Assembly: GCF_964355755.1 (NCBI RefSeq)
Contig: NC_092679.1
Span: 22,365,432-22,429,431, forward strand
Reading direction: 5' to 3'
DNA: 64,000 bases
From: Antedon mediterranea
Lineage: Eukaryota; Animalia; Echinodermata
Part shown: positions 36,808 to 48,090 of the stretch, in pieces
How the letters are laid out: each line of letters opens with the position of its first letter
Numbering within the stretch: position 1 is the stretch's first letter
Position numbers and translations under genes: made by a program
Notes under the pieces: generated by a model
Told to the model about the DNA's origin: nothing
What the model saw: only the letters and a program-made list of their open reading frames with translations
Database searches by the model: none

Positions 36808-37871
36808 AAATAATTTGATTTCTTTAATTTATAGAATGATGATTCTGATGCAATGATATCGATCAATATCAATTATCATTGTAAAAAATAGAGGTTTTAA
36901 ATGTCTCCTTCCGTGGCTGTTGTTATATACCTATAATTGTCGAAGATGTCTTATTTATCTTAGTGAATGATACGGTGTCTGACGATAGGGCGAATTGCAA
37001 ATTACGTCCTGGCATCATTGGTAACGCCTCTACACGACAATTCCTATTTTATCCCTAAACTAACTTTCTGTGATTGTGAATCCCAAGACTAAACACAAAG
37101 CGCATAATGGATTAGTATTATTGGCCTAATAATAATATAGTAGTAATAATAATATGACGAAAGGCATGATAACTTACATGCAATTGCTAGTGACGTCATC
37201 AGTAACTTTAAGGCACAGCAGTCGAAAAACATCTTGATCGATTCTTTGATGATCTGCCTTGATGATGTCGATAATCTCCGATCACAGCAACTAAACATTT
37301 GATAATAGACCTAGTGCAGATCTTTAATCTCTATTAATGAAATATCTCAAATTAATTGAGGGCGTTTTCTGAGGACTGATATTACCAAACATCATTCATA
37401 ATTTGGTAGATAATTAAGTTTTTGATCAAAGCACAATAAAAAACGAAGTCTGTGAAGTCTCAATAGGCGTAGATATAGCATTTGGCTTGCATCTACGCGT
37501 AGACGTAGACATAGTCACTGCGTAAAAAAAGATCATTTCATCTAACAGCTGTAAATATCAGCGATAGACCTATATACACAGATAAGTTTTCACGCTAAAT
37601 CGTCTATAATTGCCGTAGGCCTAATACTGTAAATGAGTCCAGGTTCGAAATTTAGCCCGTCGTACGTGTAGGATTCAGTAAAATTTAGCCAAATACCGAA
37701 GACCACTTTGTACCATTATGAATCATTGGCGTTCCATAAATATTGAGAATTGACGATTGCGTTATGGTTTCATCAAGTCAAACATCGGCTTTTATGTAGG
37801 ATTGGCATAGGCATAACTATAATTATTTTCGTTGCGATATTATTTTGATGATTCTTTTAGTTTCCAGGTAA

Positions 37872-38079
37872 AGCGTGGTTCCCACTAGAACGCAACGCAG
37901 CGACGTATCGACGCAAAGTGATTTAGGCCTATTGCGTATCACAAGTGGAAACCGACGAAGCAACAGTGCTGCAAAAATCGCAGGTTTTATTTCACGCAGG
38001 CGGAAACACAATTATTGGAAGGGCATTTTCTTACGTTGCGTCTTTTGCATTACGTAACGTCGCTAGTGGGAACCACGCT
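37872..38079. mobile_element. Harbinger MITE family 2 copy
   Basis: Perfect 17-bp TIR AGCGTGGTTCCCACTAG / CTAGTGGGAACCACGCT, left flank TAA. Confidence 0.8.
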
Positions 38080-39039
38080 CTTAGGGAGCTACAATTGTCT
38101 GTTGATAATCTAGTAGTTTGCCGCCCTCCTTCTTGTTGAACCATGTTTGGTGCATGCCAATGTTATAAATCTTGATACAGAGTTTTGAGGTATATAGGCC
38201 TACTGTATTTATTTTTCCGGTATTTAAACCAGACAATTTTTGTTGTCTCTGCGCAACCGATGAAATCCTTCCTCTACGTATGTCGTGTTGTGTGAACAGG
38301 ATTTTGATAGGGTCATATGCTCTTTCACAATGGTCAGAGATGACAGGCGTTCAATTGATGATGACGGTGCGTGTTTTAATAAATAGTGTGTGCGTACAAG
38401 CGCCGATGAAAATAATATGGCATACGCTCACGGGTTTTAATTAGTAGTATATTCAAAGCTGCAATATTTTACCATCATAAACTTGAGGAGGTCGTTTCAT
38501 ACTATTTGAACCACAATCGATAAAATAATACAATATAAGCTATGTCGAGGCTGTTGGTAGGCTGCAGAGAACATTACTTTGTAGATAATAACATGGCCAC
38601 CATGACAACGACCGGTATATGAACAACCAATGGATGTAATAACTCGGAAAATATAATTTATATCATAATATAAATTATCGATTGAGCACAACATTTGATA
38701 GTGAAATTCTGTAACTTTAATAAAAGGTAGAACGCCCCCAACTATTATGGATAAAAAGGCCCCATTATGGATATGATATTATGGCCTGCAAATTTCACTA
38801 ACTCTATTCGGCCTAACGTTTGATTAAATGTCAGTAAAAAAAAAAAGGATATCGTATCATTATTTAATGTAATAAGCTGGCGGAGTAAGATTACTCAAAT
38901 GCCTTATTACTTACAGCATGTGAACGGATCGATAGATCCAACTTCGGTGTAATGCGTTAAAAACGATATGAAAATCACACACTTGACTACTATGAATGGT
39001 AATTTTGAATGATGATTGGGGCGGGGGGGGGGGGGGGGC

Positions 39040-39770
39040 GATGATGATGATGATGGAAGATGGTGGTGCTACGGATAGGAGGACGGTAATTCAATAATGG
39101 TGATAGTGACGATGATGACGGTGATGATTATGATGATGATTATAATGATGATGACAATGATGTTGATGATGACGATGATAGTGATGATGATGATGATTAT
39201 AATGATGGTGATTATGAGGATGATGATGATGATGATAATGATGTTGATGGTGATTATGAGGATGATGATGATGATGATAATGATGTTGATGATGACGATG
39301 ATAGTGATAATGATGACGATAATGATGATGGTGATTGAGGATGATGATGATGATGATAATGATGTTGATGGTGATTATGATGATGATGGTGATTATGATA
39401 ATGATGATGATAATGATAATGATTATGATGATTACTATTATGATGATGATGACGGTCATGATGATGGTGATGGTGATGATGATGATGATAATGAAGGTGA
39501 TAATGATGATGATGATGATGGTGATGGTGATTATGAGGATGATGATAATGATGCTGATGGTGATTATGAGGATGATGATGATAATGATGTTGATGGGGAT
39601 GATGATGATAATGATGATGATAATGATGTTGATGGGGATGATGATGATAATGATGTTGATGGTGGTGATGATGGATAATGATGATGATTATGGTGATGAT
39701 GAAAATGATGATGAGGGGGAAAGGAGGAGAATGGTAATGCCATGGTGATGATGTTGATGAGGATGACGAT
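39040..39770. repeat. Degenerate (GAT)n trinucleotide microsatellite
   Basis: GAT/AAT/GGT triplets produce the poly-M, poly-D, poly-H and poly-I ORFs. Confidence 0.95.
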
Positions 39771-40589
39771 GTGCTGCTTTCTGTATGTGTTTCACCTTGT
39801 ACCGTGAACTATAAAGCGTACACATTGGCTCTGTTTACTGGCATTAAAAATATGATATTGTGATATATATCGACGATTATGATGATGAGTCTTAAAGATT
39901 GATATGACGACGATGATGTGACAATCACATGACATGGTAAAAAATAAAAAAATATTGATTACACTCATAATTTGTAATGTTACTACTGGTTTCTATTAAG
40001 CCAAGCCAAGTACTATAGAACATATTAATATCCATCGTTTTAAGTGATTGGCACATGCGCATAAGGAAATACCCATTCTACACAGATTAATACGAATATA
40101 TGAATCCCTCTAGGGCTTACTATATAATTATAATATTGGGAGCTAATGGAAGTTGGCATCAAATTTACAGTACACTTCCCAACAATCTTTGCATTATGCT
40201 TTTGCATTAAGCGAGAACATTTCAACTTATTATCTCGACGACCAAAACAAAACCGCAACTAGAGGACGGTACGTTATTATGACAACGATTGGATAGTTTT
40301 CGGTAATTAATTCAGTTAAATCTTCGATTATCTTTTTTTTTTAATTTATTCTTCGAAAAGGTACCGTACGTTGTTATATCCGTCCCATATACGGAAGGAT
40401 TGCGTGTGTATAACGGCTTTTCATCCGCGTGTGATTTGGAATTGTACGATGAGCCTACTGCGACGCATAAACATTGCTGCCTTGGACGGTTAAATAGACA
40501 ATCACGGTTAATCGAAAATCAATCATTATAATCAACGTGACAATATCAATTGTTTTGCGATTGAATGATGTAAATTACTGCTATTGGGC

Positions 40590-40747
40590 AAATTTCCGGA
40601 AGCGGATTTCTCTAGAGAGCCTCGGATGTATAAAAAGACAATTTGATGAATCGATAGTAAATTTCACGCTCAAGACATACTCATCTACCTAAAAGCACCA
40701 TCGCAGATAGCATCAACGATAGTATCTATAGGCTTGCAAAAGTAAGT
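40590..40747 (+). promoter_or_regulatory. Candidate promoter and non-coding first exon of ANKRD63-like
   Basis: CCGGAAG near 40596, TATAAAAA at 40629-40636, donor A|GTAAGT at 40742. Candidate acceptors TTTCAG at 43445 or CTTCAG at 43845. Confidence 0.4.
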
Positions 40748-41081
40748 AATGATTTAATTTATCATAAAAGCTTACTTTTATTTTCTATAGTTTTTTAGGC
40801 CTATTTTAACTATTATCAAAATAACGGTAAGAAAGTTTTTCTCTCCAGTGACATTTAGCATACAATCGGATCAATGTTGCAATATAATTTACAATATTAT
40901 ACAGAAAGAATTTAAAATTAATTAAATATATAAAATAATTGTTTTCTTATAATCAATGTGCTGCCGTGTGTGTGTCAAATAATGCCAGTCCGATAAAATA
41001 CCCTTACCAGATAAAAAGGCCGGGCTATGCGCGCTATATCTTGGCATGTAGATCTACTCTTATAAAAGTATAATTTCTGTG

Positions 41082-41345
41082 TGCGCGCGTTTAAACATTG
41101 ATAATAAGAGTAGAATTTTAGTACGCGCGCCTTTAAAAACTGATAATAAGAGTAACATTTTAGTACGCGCGCGTTTAAACACTGATAATAAGAATAACAT
41201 TTTGGTACGCGCGCGTTTAGACACTGATAATAATGATAATGTAGTGCAGTTTTTGTACACGCGCGTGTAAACACTGATAACAGTTTTTGTACGCGCGCGT
41301 TTAAATGTTGATAATAATTAGATAGTTTTGTACGCGCACGTTAAA
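41082..41345. repeat. About 41-bp tandem repeat with a palindromic ACGCGCGCGT core, about 7 copies
   Basis: Unit ACTGATAATAAGAGTAACATTTTAGTACGCGCGCGTTTAAAC. Confidence 0.9.
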
Positions 41346-43962
41346 TTTGTGTTTCTTTTGTATCAATGCCGAATTTAGTATCTTTAACTGGCAGAAATCA
41401 TAATTTATTTCAGGATTCATATTTTTCTAAAAGCAATTTAAATTGAAAAAAATTATTTGTTCAATTAGGAATTTATTGAACATCTAATAATAAAAATTGA
41501 TAAAATGCTATCTCTCTAGCTGAATGCTTTGTGTTTTAATCTTTTTTAAGAGACAACATTATCGTTGAGAGCATAATTAGTGTATTCGTAAGAAAATCTG
41601 TTCACGGTTCAGTGGCGCTAGAATTAGCTTCATCTCTTTAAACTGTAAATCGCCTCGCATTTGAATCCAGAACACGATATAATGTGTCCTGTATATAGTC
41701 TCTTTAATGCCCTCTCATAATTAAGATGGACAAACACGTCTCGGTAGCATTGTAATAAATACACTGCTTATACAACTATAGCACTTCCAACGATTAGCTA
41801 CATAACTTTTATTTTCTACAGCCTCTTTATGTTAACCGTTAAATATTATACTGCTGTATCCTATACACTGGCTTTTCTACGACAGTGAAAGGATGATTAG
41901 GCATGTAAACACATCACTTGATAAAAGGTGTAAAACACTTCTTTTAAACACTTACTTTTGATGGGAACTGGTACGTAGTGGTTTGAACCTGCAGTCTGAA
42001 TACATGTTTAATATAATTTTAAGAAGTATATTTTTGGAAAAAGTAACGTCTTTTGGTTAGTGCTCCGAGTTTTGTGATTTTGAAAAATAAACTAAATAAA
42101 AGAAAGGATTAATGAACAATAAAGGATGCGGAGTATGTTTTGTTTTGTTAGATGAAAGATGATAATCTATATGATACCAGAACTTCTGCTTTCAATTCGT
42201 AAGAAGCCAGTTCGAGCCCGTAGTCATCCAAACATATGCATAGTCAGGGGCGGGGCTCGAGGGTTTGAATCAACCTCACTCAATTGGTAGAGATAGTCCT
42301 AGCTAGCCTTGCCGCAGCTCTTGACGAGTTTCTGATCTTTTTGTGAAAAGAAAAACCAGTGTAAAAAAATCATGGCTATATACGGGCTTGTGCTATGCAT
42401 CTAATAGTTGAATTTAGTAAGTTATGAAAACCTTTCGGTTCAACGGTTTCGTCTTAAAACTGGATAAAGTAGCTGTAGGCCTACGATTCATTTTTTACAC
42501 AAATTGTAAATGAAAGAAATTCGCCATTAGCCATTTTGTCGATGCGTAGGGAGGCCTACTCAATTTCTGTGAAACGATAATTAACCTATATATAGGTCTA
42601 TTATGAAAGTCAGGCTTTTCCAGCTCTTTCCCAATGGATAAACGACATTTATTTATTGCTGTACTTAAAATGTAAGTTAATCCAGTAATCATTTGTATGG
42701 TGTGATAACTGGACAATTGTATTGGCGCCAAAACATATTGTATGGCGTAAAAAATATAGCCATTAACATGCGTTTACGATCTGATTAACACGCAAGAATT
42801 GTGTTTTGGTCGCATCACATCTACTAGCCCTAAAGCTCTGTCTACACTGTCAACGTTTGATCCAAGTGTGGTGTACCCACATATGGTAGTGATATGACAA
42901 ATATGGTAGTAATATGACATCATCATGTTCATGTTCGCGGTGTAAAATAGTCTCCGGCTCATTTGAACATAAAGTCAGAAGCCTAGAATTTTTGAAAACG
43001 CTTTTTTTCTATCTTGCATTTTTTTATAAATTAAATTGCCGACGTAAATTAGAAGTGTCATGTTGTAATTTTTATGCGTCAACTTAATTATGGAAATATA
43101 TGTTTTATCGAAATTTTAATATTCTGTTTGCGTCAGTTGAACATATGATTTTTTATGAAAGTTGCGCAATTTAAAAAGGAATAAATTATTATTATTGTAT
43201 CGACAGTTTGTACTGATAAATACCACCCAGAACAGACGACAGCAGCACAGTCTTTCACTTCATCTAATGACTACACAGTGTTATTGCTTTATTTAAAAAT
43301 AGGCTTAACGATTTTTGCTATAAGTGGGTGTCAAAACAGGTCATTTGTCTTAATTTAAATCCCCAGTGTACCGAATAAGTGTTAGACGTATTGCTTTTAT
43401 TCAATAGTAATAATTGATTTTAAACTGCTTTTTCATTTCTTTCAGAACAAACAGGTTAAACAATTAACAACCGCAGAATAATAATAATATCAAGCAGGTT
43501 ATTTATGAAGTTCTTATTTAAATTGGAAAGAAACGTCGAGTTGTAATCAAAGAAATATTTGAAACAATCTGGAATAATATAAAGCAACATAACTTGGAGA
43601 CTGATACAAAATAATTATTATGGTTTGGTGAATTAATCTCAATTTTGAAGACAGGGTCTGAAAGAAGTAATCACAAATTAAAGATGGCGTGGATTTGAAA
43701 TTCCAGAAAAGCGGAATAATTATACATTTCAAGCATACATTGCCTGTAGACCGTATTCCTCTTCATCACGCACATAATATTATGCAAATTTCAAACATCG
43801 GTTTGAGGATGCAGTTCCATTGAAAATTATACGATTTTCCTTCAGCATTTCGAAAGAGACACCGTATATTGATACAGCACCCGGGAGAGAACGTTTAAAT
43901 CTATCTCCATACATTGGAATATTCTACGTCGGATCAAAATTAAATATTATTGAATTTCAAAT

Positions 43963-45267
43963 ATGGCGACTGAAAAACAGGGTTCATTTCAGATGATCTT
44001 TGGTAGGATTCCTTCGATGAGGGATAGGGGTCGGCGGAGTAGCATGGGACAGCAGTCGGGAGCTGGTGCCTTACATGACGCTATCAGTAAAGGTAAGGTT
44101 CATCTCGCTAGGTTTATCATCGAAGCAACTGAGGAGAGGACTCTTGTTAACGTGAAAGACACGCACGGAAAAACTCCTTTAATACGTGCGTGTAAACACG
44201 TAGATCGTAACGCGCGCATACGAGCAATGGAGCTACTGATTAAGCACGGGGCTGATGTTAATCTTAAAGATAACGTTGGACGCACGGCGTTAAGTTACGC
44301 GTGTCAGTTAAAACACAACGACGCGGTCGCTTTGCTTGTTAAAAGCAACGTAGATCCAAATATTGAAGATAACATGAGTAACACTCCGCTTGGTTACTGC
44401 GCTAAACACAACAATGTGGGTGCGATAGAAACAATTATTAGGTCTTTCAAACGACTAGGCCTGAATATCGATCACGCTAACGAAGAAGGAATGACACCTT
44501 TAATGGAAGCTGCGAGAAATGGATATTTTCAATGTGTGAAAATTCTTATTCAAAACGGCAAGGCTTCGTTAACATTGCGTGACCAATTTAGAAATCTAAC
44601 CGCTGAGGAGTGGGCGCACGAAAATGGATGCACGCCAGAATTATTGGAAATTTTCCAGAAAAAGAAACATCGAAGACATGGTGATTTAGACGCAGATCAA
44701 GACGAGTGTAATCTAGGTAAATCGTTTGATGACGACACAGAAGACAACGTGCTGCTAACGCCAGAAGGAACAACTCCGGAGTTACGTCATAAGCAAATCG
44801 TTGATGAAAAGGGGGATAGTGGAGGATTATCTCCTTGCACTAAACTCCGATCGTTAAAACTTGACAAAAGTCCCAGAGTCCCTTTATTGGCTAGACGCGA
44901 TAGAATAGGTGATGCCACAATACACAGGTTATACGGTCGCCCAAGATCAGCGACGTGTTTGGAATACATGTCGCGGAGTTTCGACAGCGTTGAGCGCGAG
45001 AAGCAAGATCAGAAATATCGTCTGAGCGCTAGCCACGAATGCCTAGTGGATTTGACATCTGTAGTATGTCCTTCTCTTCCTATAAGCTTGAGTATCAGTG
45101 TTGAAAATATACGACGTGGAGAAGACGGTAACGATCTAAGGCATGGCTCAAGTTCTGACTTACTGCAAAGAGTTAGGCGCTTCACCAAGAGTCCAACTCT
45201 ACTAAGAAATAGGCCTAAAAGGGAAAGATCGGAATCACCCGAAAGGGCATACTTTCCGCCAATTTAA
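43963..45267 (+). CDS. ANKRD63: Ankyrin repeat domain-containing protein 63-like, 434 aa, intronless CDS
   Basis: About 5 N-terminal ankyrin repeats (GKTPLIRAC, GRTALSYAC, NTPLGYCA, GMTPLMEAA). Segments GKVHLARF and RSFKRLGL are shared with vertebrate ANKRD63 as recalled. Disordered Ser/Arg-rich tail. Confidence 0.85.
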   Translation: MATEKQGSFQMIFGRIPSMRDRGRRSSMGQQSGAGALHDAISKGKVHLARFIIEATEERTLVNVKDTHGKTPLIRACKHVDRNARIRAMELLIKHGADVNLKDNVGRTALSYACQLKHNDAVALLVKSNVDPNIEDNMSNTPLGYCAKHNNVGAIETIIRSFKRLGLNIDHANEEGMTPLMEAARNGYFQCVKILIQNGKASLTLRDQFRNLTAEEWAHENGCTPELLEIFQKKKHRRHGDLDADQDECNLGKSFDDDTEDNVLLTPEGTTPELRHKQIVDEKGDSGGLSPCTKLRSLKLDKSPRVPLLARRDRIGDATIHRLYGRPRSATCLEYMSRSFDSVEREKQDQKYRLSASHECLVDLTSVVCPSLPISLSISVENIRRGEDGNDLRHGSSSDLLQRVRRFTKSPTLLRNRPKRERSESPERAYFPPI

Positions 45268-46088
45268 ATTCGGTAGGCCAGTATGCTATGATAATATTAG
45301 CATTGGCTGCTTAACATTCAGTTATGTTTATAAAACGTCAATAAAACTCAAGATTCTTTTGCTGCATCTTGAGGAAGATTCCATTTCAAAACCGGGTTAT
45401 TAAATAAAATTATTCGCTGGTTTGGTTTGTTATGGCTTTTTAAACTACTGTATATTATTATTTATAATGGAAATATATTCAAACAAGTTTCACCTGATCA
45501 ATTTTCGATAAATGTTGGCTGAATTTTTAAACTAACTTACATTTAAAAAATATTTCATCCAAACATACGGATATTACTGTAATTTGACGACGTCGGAACG
45601 CCATACCTTGGATTTTTAAGGAGCAAATGACTTTGTATATTATTATAATATTAGTAGTACTGTAGTCTCAATTACTTGATTGCATTCGCTCTGGATCAAT
45701 GTACTGTTTTTAACAAGGACGACAGAACATTAGTTTAATTGACTTTCAAACATTGTATTTACTGTTTTCAACCCACGTCTTTTATGCTAATATTATATAT
45801 ATACTTCTAAATTAATGTAATAATTGTATGTAGAAAATAGACATATTTATTTAAATTTTGTATACGAACAGATTTGATATAAATGTAAATGTATATCCTC
45901 ATTATGCCTTGTTACACATGCATAGGAGGCCATCATAAAGCCACGTCTCCATCTGAAGTTCTGAATGATTCCTCTTTCGTGTAATAATGGAGATATGATA
46001 ATCGTAACTAAAGCTCTGTCTACACTATCAAACTAGTGTGATATTCCCAAATATGGTAGTGGTATGATATGGTAGCGATATGCGAGCG

Positions 46089-46500
46089 GTGAGTGGCTAA
46101 ACGGTTAAGATACCGGAACCGTAATACCTTGCCATATTAACATGCAATATATTTTGTAATAAACATAACAAAAAATATGCAGAAAATAATGTAAATATAT
46201 ATGAGATTCTGTAATTGTTTATGTAACATTGAATAAATAAAGGTGGTAGTTAACCACAAAAGATAAAAAAAAAACATCGGCAAGGGTTTGAGGCTCACTC
46301 ACTCCATGGTTCTGGTGGTAGAACTAGTCTTCTCGGATAAGGACTATAAACTAAGAACCTAGTAGATCTTTCGAGACGAGTAGGGAGTTGCCCCGGTATA
46401 CACACAGGCACTGTCACTCATCAAGAGGGCCTCTTGATTGTCAGCATACGATGTTTAGGGTCACCCTCTATAAATAAGGCGTAATAAAAAAAATAATAAT
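46089..46500 (+). mobile_element. SINE family A copy inserted in a Harbinger MITE family 1 copy
   Basis: Head GTGAGTGGCTAAACGGTTAAGA, shared core, and (AAT)n tail. MITE halves lie at 46012-46083 and 46508-46595. Confidence 0.7.
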
Positions 46501-47381
46501 AATAAACACATTTGGCAGTGATATGACATCATCATGTCCATATATGGGCACATCACATTTTTTGTCACAAATGTTTGATAGTGTAGACGGAGCCCTATGC
46601 ACAAGTATTTTTAAACATTATTTCGCATCCGGATGGAGTATAAAGACTATAATAATTAAGCCGCTCGCTTGTTTACATTTCAAAGCAAGCTGTTGCTCCA
46701 AATTATTATACATAGGCCTATTTTATAATGTTTATTAGATCTAATAAAATAGTGAGTTTAAATACCATAGTTATGATCACGAGCCGTCATACAATGCACA
46801 GTGGCAATTAATCTGTATCATATTATGAGACGAGATGTGGTATTACAAAATGCTACTTAATAGTATTTAATATTGGTTACAAAATAATACAGCGCGTGTA
46901 GTGCGCCTGCGCAGTTATAAAAAAGAACACCTACGTTTACCTATCGCACCCGATGAAACGAAACCTCCTGTGCGGACAATAATTTAGCATGCAGGACAGG
47001 GGTGCATTTTCACCACGAACACTGTAGCCCGGGGACCTGGTTTGTGTAAACTTGTAATTGTTTTCAAGTAAAATTAAAAAAAAGATGGGCGGGGGTGGGG
47101 ATTGTGCGGATCCGATGCGCACCTCATCTAAATCCACCTCTAACAACGTAATACCCGACTACGACGAATGGACAGATAGACATACGGTACTTCTCTAAAA
47201 TCGTACCGATGTGAAGAGTGAATGTCATTTGTTTGTTGTTTGATTGTCGAAGGAAATTAGGCGAGCTTCACTTGCTTTTCTACTAGGCCTAAGTTCATTT
47301 TTACAATAAATAATTAACTACCGTCTACAATATTAATCCCTCAACAATCATCTGCTAATAATTAGATTGAATTAAACTCTC

Positions 47382-47567
47382 ATGGGATCTCAGTACCTAT
47401 TAGTATTATGTGGTGTGTTGCTTATTTTCTTCGTGCTCATTTTTATTTGGCCTACAATCTATGTTGACAATACGATGTTCCGCCGGGGGACTGAGACGGC
47501 ATTGCTTTCGCGACCCAAAGGTTCAGAGTTAGGCCTACTCGAGGGAGGAAGGGCGGAATATACTTGA
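47382..47567 (+). CDS. Hypothetical 61-aa single-pass membrane microprotein
   Basis: ATG start with G at +4, 17-residue hydrophobic stretch, GC-richer 3' half. No recognised homology. Confidence 0.25.
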   Translation: MGSQYLLVLCGVLLIFFVLIFIWPTIYVDNTMFRRGTETALLSRPKGSELGLLEGGRAEYT

Positions 47568-47640
47568 TAATGCCTTCCCCACCATCCGGTTATGATCATT
47601 CATTCCTTTTTAAAACATCCCATTCGTTAAGTAATTATTA

Positions 47641-48090
47641 TCAGTTAGAATCTGTCTAGTGACAGCCACAGAAAATGATGCACGAGCGTAAATTAAACCA
47701 ATCGTATTTGAAGGTTTAACCGAAGATGCAGCACTTCTGGATGTAAACACCCGATTCGGCAGCTGTCACTAGACAAATTCTAACTGACTACCGCAGGTCA
47801 ATAAAGAAATATAGAAACGCGCGGTAGTCAGTTAGAATCTGTCTAGTGACAGCCACAGAAACGTGTGCACGAGATAGTGTAAATTAGGCAAACCGCATTT
47901 CGAATTATATTATAGCAGATGCGGATCTGCATGGAAAACACGAGAACACGATTCTGCAGCTGTCACTAGATAATTTCTAACTGACGATCGCAAGTCATCT
48001 GTAACGTGCGATATTAAGTTAGAATCTGTTGCAGTCACAGAAACGGGTGCACGAGATAGTGTAAATTAGACAAACCATATTCGAATATTT
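47641..48090. repeat. About 187-bp tandem unit built from a 26-bp motif in alternating orientation
   Basis: TCAGTTAGAATCTGTCTAGTGACAGC forward at 47641, 47828 and about 48017, reverse at 47762-47787 and 47959-47984. Confidence 0.85.

Noticed and set aside
39091-39748. Poly-Met/Asp/His ORFs as a biomineral or metal-binding protein
   Set aside because: Several frames on both strands are open because of the (GAT)n repeat. There is no signal peptide or exon context.
43963-45267. Ankyrin gene as an IkB or a split p105 C-terminus linked to Rel
   Set aside because: Motifs match ANKRD63, the ankyrins are N-terminal, and there is no DSGxxS degron or death domain.
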